This document shows positions 1-7,496 of a stretch of DNA of 64,000 nt, piece by piece. How positions within the stretch are numbered: position 1 is the first letter of the stretch; each line of letters starts with the position of its first letter. A program made the position numbers and the translations under genes. This DNA is from Dehalococcoidia bacterium. Lineage in GTDB: Bacteria > Chloroflexota > Dehalococcoidia > Lucifugimonadales > UBA3495. The DNA is taken from NCBI GenBank assembly GCA_963667415.1, contig OY763410.1:656657-720656 (forward strand), read 5' to 3'. A model generated the notes under the pieces. The model was not told where the DNA came from, searched no databases, and saw only the letters and a list, made by a program, of their open reading frames with translations.

Positions 1-39
1 GCCGATTGTCTCACCCTGTCTGGTCGGCGTCCTGCCAAC

Positions 40-519
40 TCACTCCGCTTTCCAGACCTGGCGGTGAAACACCTCGCCCCTGAGCTCGGAATAAACGATG
101 CTGTCGATGGAGACGGCGAAGCAGTGGAATTCCGGCTCCTCGGGTCGGAAGCCGATGGCGGCAAAAACGGCGTCGGCGAAGCGACTGCGTTCCCCGGGCT
201 CGGTCACATCAACGGCGCTTCCGTAGACCTTGAACTCGCCCTCGGCGCCGTTGGGGTCGGATACGGTGCTGTGCACGACGCAGCGGGGGTCGCGGAGCAA
301 GTCCAGCGCTTTGACCGACCGCCACATCATGCCGAGGTAGAGTTGCCCGTTGACGAAGAAGGGCTCTACCGGCGAAATGCGCGGCCAGCCATCGCGCCGC
401 AGAGTGCCGACCAGCGAGAGGCCGGTGCGGGCGAACTGCGCCTCGCCCAGCGCCGCCAACTGCGGCTCCTGCGCCGCGAACTCACCCCAGGTTGCGGTCA
501 TGGTCGCCCGGTCAACCAC
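40..519 (-). CDS. PPOX-class (pyridoxamine 5'-phosphate oxidase-like, possibly F420/FMN-binding) split-barrel family protein
   Basis: 159-codon ORF with the same GC3-rich codon usage as its neighbours. The segment GTLRRDGWPRISPVEPFF..GQLYLGMM resembles PPOX-type split beta-barrel proteins. The start is ambiguous (GTG 519 or ATG 501). Confidence 0.65.
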   Translation of the reverse strand: MVDRATMTATWGEFAAQEPQLAALGEAQFARTGLSLVGTLRRDGWPRISPVEPFFVNGQLYLGMMWRSVKALDLLRDPRCVVHSTVSDPNGAEGEFKVYGSAVDVTEPGERSRFADAVFAAIGFRPEEPEFHCFAVSIDSIVYSELRGEVFHRQVWKAE

Positions 520-566
520 GTAAAGCTGCCCAGATCTATTGGGTTTTTGGAGATCATAAGGGGCTT

Positions 567-890
567 CTATTCGGCGTTATCCGGAGGCATTTGGTCTAGA
601 TTGATGGCCAACTCAGCAAGAACCTCGTTTAAGGCGACTGTTCTGCCTTCGGAGATGGCCTTCTCGCTTTCGTTTATTCCGGTCATTAGCTCCGGATCGG
701 ATAGTATTTCAATGGTGTCAACTAACGCCTCGAACATTTCCCAGGACATTACGGCCATAACCGGCCGTCCCTTGCGGGTAATCGGGATGACGGTTTAGGA
801 GTCGTTCACCCGGCGTGGTAATTGTGAGAACCGGTTTCTGGCGGCCTTTAGCGCCATCGCCGAGGTTAGCGTATAACTCGAAGCTGACAT
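567..890 (-). pseudogene. Phd/YefM-family antitoxin interrupted by an in-frame TAA (797..795); no partner toxin
   Basis: Minus-strand reading from ATG 890 gives MSASSYTLTSAMALKAARNRFSQLPRRVNDS, then TAA, then TVIPITRKGRPVMAVMSWEMFEALVDTIEILSDPELM... I counted the codons and both halves are in the same frame. Together they match the usual Phd/YefM layout. No toxin ORF follows. Confidence 0.7.
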
Positions 891-1045
891 AATAGCCCTG
901 TCCAGAATATCCAGGAGCATGGCAACGGCAGGTTCGGACAAGCGAATCTCATAATTCATTGATTAGTTAAGCTGAATGTTCATGCACGAACAAGCGAAAA
1001 GAGAACCAAGAGACCGAAACAAGACCGAGAAGAGTCTAAAATGAA

Positions 1046-1070
1046 TCCACGCCCCTTTTGGAGGCGTGGA
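1046..1070 (-). terminator. hairpin downstream of tRNA-Glu (8-bp stem TCCACGCC/GGCGTGGA)
   Basis: Perfect 8-bp inverted repeat at 1046..1053 and 1063..1070 with a 9-nt loop. On the minus strand it is followed by TTCATTTTAG. Confidence 0.45.
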
Positions 1071-1084
1071 CTGTTTTCGAAGTT

Positions 1085-1162
1085 TGGTACCCCGGAGGGG
1101 CTTCGATCCCCTGATCTCCACCTTGAAAGGGTGGCATCCTGACCTGGCTAGACGACCGGGGC
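1085..1162 (-). tRNA. tRNA-Glu (anticodon UUC), CCA encoded
   Basis: The reverse complement reads GCCCCGG TC GTCT AGCCAGGTCA GGAT G CCACC CTTTCAA GGTGG AGATC AGGGG ATCGAAG CCCCT CCGGGGT A CCA. This folds by hand into a cloverleaf with a 7-nt anticodon loop whose anticodon is TTC. The overall sequence is close to bacterial tRNA-Glu. Confidence 0.9.
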
Positions 1163-1199
1163 ACTACCTTTTCAGTTTAGCATACGCCCACGCCGGACG

Positions 1200-2231
1200 C
1201 TACGGGTACACCGCCAGTTCGTCGAGGGACGTGTCCTCGGGGAAGCCGGACATCAGGTTCATGTTCTGCACGGCCTGTCCGGCAGCGCCCTTGACCAGGT
1301 TGTCGAGCACGCTGAACACGGTCAGGCGGCCGGTGCGGCGGTCAATGACCGGGTGCAACAGGCACATGTTGTTGCCGAGGGTCTGCTTGGTCTGGGGCGG
1401 CGCCGACACCACCCTCACGAAGGGGTGGTCGGCGTAGTAGTCGCGGTAGATGTCGACCAGACGCTGCTTGCCTTCGTCGCCGGCCCAGGCGTCGGGGTTG
1501 GCCAGAGGGGCGTAGCAGGAACTGAAGATGCCTCGTGTCATCGGAATCAGGTGGACCTGGAAGGTGACCCGCAACTGCTGCTCGGTCAGCGAATCCAGCT
1601 CCTGGGTTATTTCGGGCAGGTGGCGGTGGCCGTTGACGGCGTAGGCGAAGGCGTTCTCGTTGACCTCGGAGAAGTGGTTGGTCATCACCAGGCTGCGCCC
1701 GCCCCCGGACACGCCGGAGAGGCTGCTGACGATGATGTCGGGGCTGATGACTCCCGCCGCCACGGCGGGGGCGAGGCCCAGGATGGCGCTGGTGGGATAG
1801 CAGCCGGGGTTGGCCACCAGGCGTGCGGCGCGAATCTCGTCGCGGTGCAGCTCGGTGAGCCCGTAAACCGCTTCTTCCAGCAGCGACGGCTTCTGGTGCT
1901 CGACGCCATACCATTCCTCGTACTCGTCGGCGTGTTTCAGGCGGAAGTCGGCGCTGATGTCCACAACCTTGACGCCCTGGTCCAGCACGGGGATGCAGGC
2001 TTCCGCGCTGGCCTTGTGGGGCAGGGCGGAGAACACCAGGTCCAAGCTGCCGCTGAGTTCCGGCTCGATGGTGAGGTCGAGGCTCTCCAGGTGAGGGAAG
2101 ACCTCGCCCAGCTTCTGGCCGGCGGCGCTGCGCCCGGTGACCGATGCTATTTCCACCTCGGGATGGCGACGCAGGATACGGGCCAACTCCGATCCCGAGT
2201 ACCCGGTGACGTTGATGATGCCTACCTTCAC
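1200..2231 (-). CDS. argC: N-acetyl-gamma-glutamyl-phosphate reductase
   Basis: 343 aa. The N-terminus MKVGIINVTGYSGSELARIL and the active-site region NPGCYPTSAILGLAP are characteristic of ArgC. GTG start at 2231 is preceded by AGGAGGG. Confidence 0.93.
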   Translation of the reverse strand: MKVGIINVTGYSGSELARILRRHPEVEIASVTGRSAAGQKLGEVFPHLESLDLTIEPELSGSLDLVFSALPHKASAEACIPVLDQGVKVVDISADFRLKHADEYEEWYGVEHQKPSLLEEAVYGLTELHRDEIRAARLVANPGCYPTSAILGLAPAVAAGVISPDIIVSSLSGVSGGGRSLVMTNHFSEVNENAFAYAVNGHRHLPEITQELDSLTEQQLRVTFQVHLIPMTRGIFSSCYAPLANPDAWAGDEGKQRLVDIYRDYYADHPFVRVVSAPPQTKQTLGNNMCLLHPVIDRRTGRLTVFSVLDNLVKGAAGQAVQNMNLMSGFPEDTSLDELAVYP

Positions 2232-2262
2232 TTTACGGCCCTCCTAAGTCGCTTCCGTGCGC

Positions 2263-2268
2263 ATTATA
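2263..2268 (-). promoter_or_regulatory. candidate -10 box (TATAAT) upstream of argC
   Basis: Perfect TATAAT on the minus strand about 32 nt upstream of the argC GTG. No convincing -35 was seen. Confidence 0.3.
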
Positions 2269-2319
2269 CGCAATTCAAACAGGTCAGTTGAATACACCGA
2301 ATGCAGCGGAAATCGGTCG

Positions 2320-3132
2320 CTATCCCGCGTTCATCAGAACGGGAGGAACGTGGGGCAGCGCGTCAGGGTCTACCGGGGCGGTCTTCGCCGGGCGTCGGGA
2401 CTTGACTGCGGGCTCGTCGGTGGCTTTCTTCGACATCAGCTTTTTGCGGGAAGGGCACATATCGCCCACGCAGCACTCTTCGCAGAGGGGTCGCTGCGCC
2501 CGGCAGACCCGCCGTCCGTGGTTGATGAAGGCCACGTGGAAGTTAAACACGTCGTCCGGGGGCACCTTGGCTTCCATCACGTCGTGGGCCTTATCGGCGT
2601 TGGTCTTGGCGTCGATGGCGCGCAGCCGCTGGCAAACCCGGAATATGTGGGTGTCGATGGCCATCGCCGGCATACCCAGGGAGAAGTTCAGCACGATTCC
2701 AGCGGACTTGGGCCCGATGCCCGGCAGCTGGCGCAGCCACGCCTTCGCTTCATCCAGCGGCATCTCGCGCAGGAAGGACAAGTCGAGCGAGCCGTTGTTG
2801 AGTTCCAGGACCCGCTCCAGGACTTCCTTGATTCTGGGAGCCTTCACTTTCGCCAGCCCGCCCGGCGCGATGGCGTCCTCGATGGCGGCTACATCGCCCC
2901 TAGCGACCGCCTCCAGCGAGCCGAACCGTTCCATCAGCCTGGCGAAGGCGCGGCCCGAATTGATATCGGAGGTGTGCTGGGAGAGGATGGTGAAGACCAT
3001 CTCATCGGTCGGCGGCAGTCTTCGCTCCGACGGAAAGGGGCCGTATTCCTGCGTCATGAGGTCGACGGCCTGGGCAAGGCGCGCCGGAGACATGGTGGGG
3101 CTGCGGCGCTTGGCCTTCTTCTCCGTGGTCAT
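2320..3132 (-). CDS. nth: endonuclease III-like HhH-GPD DNA glycosylase with [4Fe-4S] cluster loop and basic C-terminal tail
   Basis: 270 aa. It has the helix-hairpin-helix LPGIGPKSAGIVL, the region AIDTHIFRV, and a C-x6-C-x2-C-x5-C cluster (CRAQRPLCEECCVGDMC). Confidence 0.85.
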   Translation of the reverse strand: MTTEKKAKRRSPTMSPARLAQAVDLMTQEYGPFPSERRLPPTDEMVFTILSQHTSDINSGRAFARLMERFGSLEAVARGDVAAIEDAIAPGGLAKVKAPRIKEVLERVLELNNGSLDLSFLREMPLDEAKAWLRQLPGIGPKSAGIVLNFSLGMPAMAIDTHIFRVCQRLRAIDAKTNADKAHDVMEAKVPPDDVFNFHVAFINHGRRVCRAQRPLCEECCVGDMCPSRKKLMSKKATDEPAVKSRRPAKTAPVDPDALPHVPPVLMNAG

Positions 3133-3206
3133 GGCGCAGATTCCAGCATTGACACTACGACCCAGGAGCGTAACGGCACCAGGGTCCGCTTCGCTTCACT
3201 CCAGTA

Positions 3207-4223
3207 TCAGAACAGGTGGCAGGCTACGGTGTGGCCGGGAGAGACTTCTTTCACCACGGGGTCCTGCAGCCCGCAGTGGTCCATGACGAACGGGCAACGG
3301 GTATGGAAGTGGCAGCCTGTGGGCGGATTGAGGGGCGACGGGACCTCGCCGGCAAGAATCATCTCTTCCTGCACCGTGTCCGGATGGGACGGCAGGGCCG
3401 CCGACATCAGGGCCTTGGTGTAGGGATGCGACGGGTTCTCGAACAGGTCCTTAACGGGCGACAGCTCCACGACGCGTCCCAGGTACATCACCGCAACCCA
3501 GGTGCACATGTAGCGCACTGTCGCAAGGTGATGGGCGATGAGCATGTAGCTGACGTTGTATTCCGCCTGCAGGTCCTTCAGCAGGTTCATAATCTGGGCG
3601 CGAATGGATACGTCCAGCGCGGAAACCGGCTCGTCCAGCACGATGACCTTGGGATTGAGGGAGAGCGCCCGGGCGATGGCCAGACGCTGGCGCTGTCCGC
3701 CGGAGAACTCGTGGGGGTACAGGTTTGCGTGATACTCGTTAAGGCCCACGTCGTTCAGGAGCTTGAGGACCCGGTCCCGAATCTCTGACCGGCTGATGTC
3801 CCAGTTGATGACCATCGGCTCGGCAATGAGGTCGCGCACCCGCATGCGGGGATTGAGGGAGCTCCAGGGGTCCTGAAACACCGCCTGTACAGAGCGGCGG
3901 TATTCGCGACGGGACTCGCTATCCCCTTCGCGAATATTCTTGCCCTCGAAGCGGATGGAGCCTTCCGTGGGCTCCTCAAGCATCAGCATCATCTTGGCCG
4001 TGGTGCTCTTGCCGCATCCGGACTCTCCGACGATGCCGAGGGTCTCGCCGGGGTGTAGCTGGAAAGAGACGCCGTCCACCGCCTTGATGTGGCCAGTGGT
4101 CTTGCTGAACAGGAGCCCCTTGGTAACCGGGAAATACTTTTTGAGGTCCACTGCTTCCAGCAGGGCCCCGTCTGAGGAGGAGGAAGTCCGTGGTCCGTCA
4201 AGTGTGGCTGTATTTGTACTCAT
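3207..4223 (-). CDS. peptide/nickel-type ABC transporter ATP-binding protein (OppF/DppF-like)
   Basis: 338 aa with Walker A GESGCGKST, signature FSGGQRQR, Walker B VLDEP, and a C-terminal oligopeptide-type extension (PSHPYTKAL..C..C). Confidence 0.92.
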   Translation of the reverse strand: MSTNTATLDGPRTSSSSDGALLEAVDLKKYFPVTKGLLFSKTTGHIKAVDGVSFQLHPGETLGIVGESGCGKSTTAKMMLMLEEPTEGSIRFEGKNIREGDSESRREYRRSVQAVFQDPWSSLNPRMRVRDLIAEPMVINWDISRSEIRDRVLKLLNDVGLNEYHANLYPHEFSGGQRQRLAIARALSLNPKVIVLDEPVSALDVSIRAQIMNLLKDLQAEYNVSYMLIAHHLATVRYMCTWVAVMYLGRVVELSPVKDLFENPSHPYTKALMSAALPSHPDTVQEEMILAGEVPSPLNPPTGCHFHTRCPFVMDHCGLQDPVVKEVSPGHTVACHLF

Positions 4224-4224
4224 A

Positions 4225-5214
4225 TCAGCTCAACCGCCAACAGGAGGCGTGATGACCCGCGTCGATGGCCACCCGATCCGGGTATTCTTCCCGGCATTGG
4301 TCCATCACGTACTGACACCGGGGCGCGAATGGACAGCCCTCGGGCAGGTTGTGAAGGGTGGGCGGTTGCCCCTCGATGGAGTAGAGGCGATCGACGTCCT
4401 CTTCCATCTTGGGCACGGAAGCCAGCAGTGCCTCGGTATAGGGATGCGACGGATTGTTGAAGATGTCTCGAACGCTGCCCTGCTCCACGATGCGCCCGGC
4501 ATACATCACCGCGACGCGGTCGCACATCTTGGCGACGATTCCGAAGTCGTGGGTGATGAAGATGAGCCCGACGTCGGAATCGCGCTGCAGTTCCTTCAGC
4601 AGGGCCAGGTACTGGGCCTGGATGGTTACGTCGAGCGAGGTGGTGGGCTCGTCTGCGATGAGCACCTGGGGCTGGCAAGAGATGCCGATGGCGCCCACGA
4701 CGCGCTGGCGCATGCCGCCGCTCATCTGGTGGGGGTAGTCGCGCATCCGCGTTTCGGCAGCGGGAATGTTCACCTTGCGCAGCACCGACAGGGCCTGCTC
4801 CATGATCGACCGCTTCGGGATGTCCTGGTGAATCTTGATGGCCTCGGAAACCTGGTTTCCGATGGTGAACACCGGGTTGAGGGAGGTCATGGGGTCCTGG
4901 ATGATGAGAGCGATCTTGCTGCCGCGGATGCGGTTCATCTCGCCCTCGGACTTCTGGAGGAGGTCTTCGCCGTCCAGAACGATGCTGCCGGACACGATGC
5001 GCCCCGGAGGCATCGGGATCAGCTGCATCAGGGAGAGCATCGTGACCGACTTGCCTGAGCCGGACTCGCCGACGATGCCGAGCGTTTCTCCACGCCGCAG
5101 GTCGAAGCTGATGCCGTCCACAGCCTTGACCGTGCCCCACCTGGTCGTAAAGTAGGTGCGCAGGTCATCGACCTTGAGAACAACCTCGCGTTCGGTGGCC
5201 ACTTCGGTAGTCAT
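4225..5214 (-). CDS. peptide/nickel-type ABC transporter ATP-binding protein (OppD/DppD-like)
   Basis: 329 aa with Walker A GESGSGKS, signature MSGGMRQR, Walker B IADEPTT. It sits 1 nt upstream of the OppF-like gene. Confidence 0.92.
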   Translation of the reverse strand: MTTEVATEREVVLKVDDLRTYFTTRWGTVKAVDGISFDLRRGETLGIVGESGSGKSVTMLSLMQLIPMPPGRIVSGSIVLDGEDLLQKSEGEMNRIRGSKIALIIQDPMTSLNPVFTIGNQVSEAIKIHQDIPKRSIMEQALSVLRKVNIPAAETRMRDYPHQMSGGMRQRVVGAIGISCQPQVLIADEPTTSLDVTIQAQYLALLKELQRDSDVGLIFITHDFGIVAKMCDRVAVMYAGRIVEQGSVRDIFNNPSHPYTEALLASVPKMEEDVDRLYSIEGQPPTLHNLPEGCPFAPRCQYVMDQCREEYPDRVAIDAGHHASCWRLS

Positions 5215-5316
5215 TTTGCGACCCCTGGGTTTGGATTAAAGGAAAGGGCGCAGGGAACGTCTGGATGAGTCGCTGGTTCTCGCTGCGCCCGGTGCGTTCG
5301 ATGGATCCCCTACATT

Positions 5317-6396
5317 CTACTCTATTTGCCGCAGCCGCGGGTCAAGCCTGTCGCGGAGCCAGTCACCGAACAGGTTCAGCGACATTACTGTCAACATGAT
5401 AGCGATCCCCGGGAAGGTGGAAATCCACCATGAGCCGGTCTCGAACCCCCCGGCGAGGTGGTTGCGTCCGTCCGAAACCATGCCGCCCCAAGTGGCCGTG
5501 GGCGGCGGGACTCCGGCTCCAAGGAAGCTCAGCGTGGCTTCCAGCAGGATCACGATGCCCACCTGCAGGGTGGCCACCACGATCAGCGTGTTGATGGTGC
5601 CCGGGAAGATGTGGACGAACAGGATTCGCGGCGTGGAGGCCCCGGCCACCCTTGCCAGCTGCACGAAGTCCATGCTCTTGAGCTGCAGCACCTCGCCCCG
5701 CAACTGGCGGGCAAAGCGCGGCCAGATGAATATCGTAAGCACCGCTACGATAATGGTCAGTGATTGCCCAAGGGTGGCCACCATCGCCAAGGCTATCAAC
5801 ACCAGTGGGATAGCCAGCAGGATGTCCACGAACCGCATGATCGCTTCGTCGATTACACCGGCGTACCAGCCGGCCACCAAGCCCAGCATAACCCCGATTG
5901 ACCCGCCAACGCCGAGGGTCACAACGGCGGCTAGCAGGGAGATGCGTGCGCCGTATATGACTCGGGAAAGGATGTCCCGGCCAAGCTGGTCGGTTCCCAG
6001 CCAGAATCTGCTGCTGCCTCCTTCCCGAATCACGTCCTCGACTACAAGTGAGTCCCCAATCTGGATGTCCGGGTTTATCGCCTGTGCGTTCGCCAGGGAG
6101 ATCTGGTCGTCTTGCCCGGGCAGTACCCGCTGCACTACCGTCTGGGTGACTGTTTGAGTCTGGGCCTCGTACCAGAAAGGCGGCAGCTTTCGCTCTGCCA
6201 GCGACTGCTTGTTGGGGTCGTGTGGGGAAATCCACGGTGCGGCAATGCCAGCGAAAAGCACCAGCGCCAGCAGAAGCACGGGTATTATCGGCCAGCGCCG
6301 GAAGGCGCGATAGATCCCGGACAGCCGCACTCCAATGCCGCCACTTGCCGGAGTCAGAAAATCGGTTGTTGTGTTGACTGCCATAAAGCCTTTCAC
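5317..6396 (-). CDS. ABC transporter permease (OppC/DppC-like)
   Basis: 359 aa, multi-TM, with a BPD-transporter EAA-like region (ARVAGASTPRILFVHIFP). Confidence 0.88.
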   Translation of the reverse strand: MKGFMAVNTTTDFLTPASGGIGVRLSGIYRAFRRWPIIPVLLLALVLFAGIAAPWISPHDPNKQSLAERKLPPFWYEAQTQTVTQTVVQRVLPGQDDQISLANAQAINPDIQIGDSLVVEDVIREGGSSRFWLGTDQLGRDILSRVIYGARISLLAAVVTLGVGGSIGVMLGLVAGWYAGVIDEAIMRFVDILLAIPLVLIALAMVATLGQSLTIIVAVLTIFIWPRFARQLRGEVLQLKSMDFVQLARVAGASTPRILFVHIFPGTINTLIVVATLQVGIVILLEATLSFLGAGVPPPTATWGGMVSDGRNHLAGGFETGSWWISTFPGIAIMLTVMSLNLFGDWLRDRLDPRLRQIE

Positions 6397-6400
6397 CTGC

Positions 6401-7318
6401 CTATGCGTACCGGATGCGCGGGTCTATGTAGGCGTAAAGCACATCCACTGTGAAGGCGACCAGGACGTATAGCAGAGTGAAAACGACTACAACCCCTTGC
6501 AGCAGCGGGTAGTCGAAGGCGTAAAGCGCGTCGATTGCCAACTTGCCCAGGCCGGGCCACGCGAAGACTGTTTCCACCACCAGCGACCCCGTTACCAGCG
6601 CGCCCAGGGTGACGCCGGCGAAGGTCAGTGGCGGTATCAGGGCGTTGCGGAAGGCGTGACGCATCACGATCCCCCAGTAGGGCACGCCCTTGGCCCGGGC
6701 CAGCTTGATGTATTCCGAGTCCAGCACGTCCAGCATCGCCGAGCGAACCAGCCTGAGGTTGGCCGCAGCGTAATACCAGCCCAGCGTTACCGCCGGCAGG
6801 ACGATGCTGTTCCAGTGGTCCCGTCCGTAGGGCGGGAACAATTCTACGGCCACGGCAAGGAAGATAATCAGCATAATCCCTAACCAGAAGGGCGGGGCCG
6901 ACTGCCCCAACAACGCGACGATCTTTCCGACCTGGTCTATCAGGCTCCCTCTCTTGATGGACGACAGTATGCCCAGCGGTATGCCCACCAGCAGCGACAC
7001 TACGAAAGCCGTCACTCCCAGGTACAGCGTGGCCGGCGTGCGCTCCAGGATGACCTCGGTAACTGGGCGCCCTTCCTTGATCGACATTCCGAAGTCGCCA
7101 CGTAAGGCGTCCCTCAGGAATATGAAGTACTGCTGATAGTAGGGCTTGTCGGTCCCCAACTTCGCCATCATCCGGTCGATGTCTTCCTGCGTGGAATATT
7201 CGTCCAGCATGAGAGACACTGGGTCCCCCGCAGACCGGCTGAGGATGAAAATAATGAGCGAAACGGCCAACAAGGTTACGATGGCCAGGATCAACCGACG
7301 GACCAGGTACTTCTGCAT
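6401..7318 (-). CDS. ABC transporter permease (OppB/DppB-like)
   Basis: 305 aa. N-terminus MQKYLVRRLILAIVTLL and the region YIKLARAKGVP are typical of OppB/DppB permeases. Confidence 0.9.
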   Translation of the reverse strand: MQKYLVRRLILAIVTLLAVSLIIFILSRSAGDPVSLMLDEYSTQEDIDRMMAKLGTDKPYYQQYFIFLRDALRGDFGMSIKEGRPVTEVILERTPATLYLGVTAFVVSLLVGIPLGILSSIKRGSLIDQVGKIVALLGQSAPPFWLGIMLIIFLAVAVELFPPYGRDHWNSIVLPAVTLGWYYAAANLRLVRSAMLDVLDSEYIKLARAKGVPYWGIVMRHAFRNALIPPLTFAGVTLGALVTGSLVVETVFAWPGLGKLAIDALYAFDYPLLQGVVVVFTLLYVLVAFTVDVLYAYIDPRIRYA

Positions 7319-7496
7319 AACTCTCTAGTTCGACTGAGTGAATTGAAAATATGCCTAGGGCTTAATCTATTTCACGTTATTAGACAAAATCGCTATATCA
7401 TCCCGCCCAGCGGCCCTCGTGGCGTAATTACCTTACGAGAGCCGCCGGGCGATTGGTTCCACTTGTCCGCCCTATGCGGAACAATTGGTTGTTGGT

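Noticed and set aside
1353-2291. 312-aa plus-strand ORF antisense to argC (with similar shadows at 1342..1914 and 2257..3423)
   Set aside because: Its composition is typical of antisense frames in GC3-rich genes (G/V/A/D/H runs). argC on the minus strand carries unmistakable family motifs.
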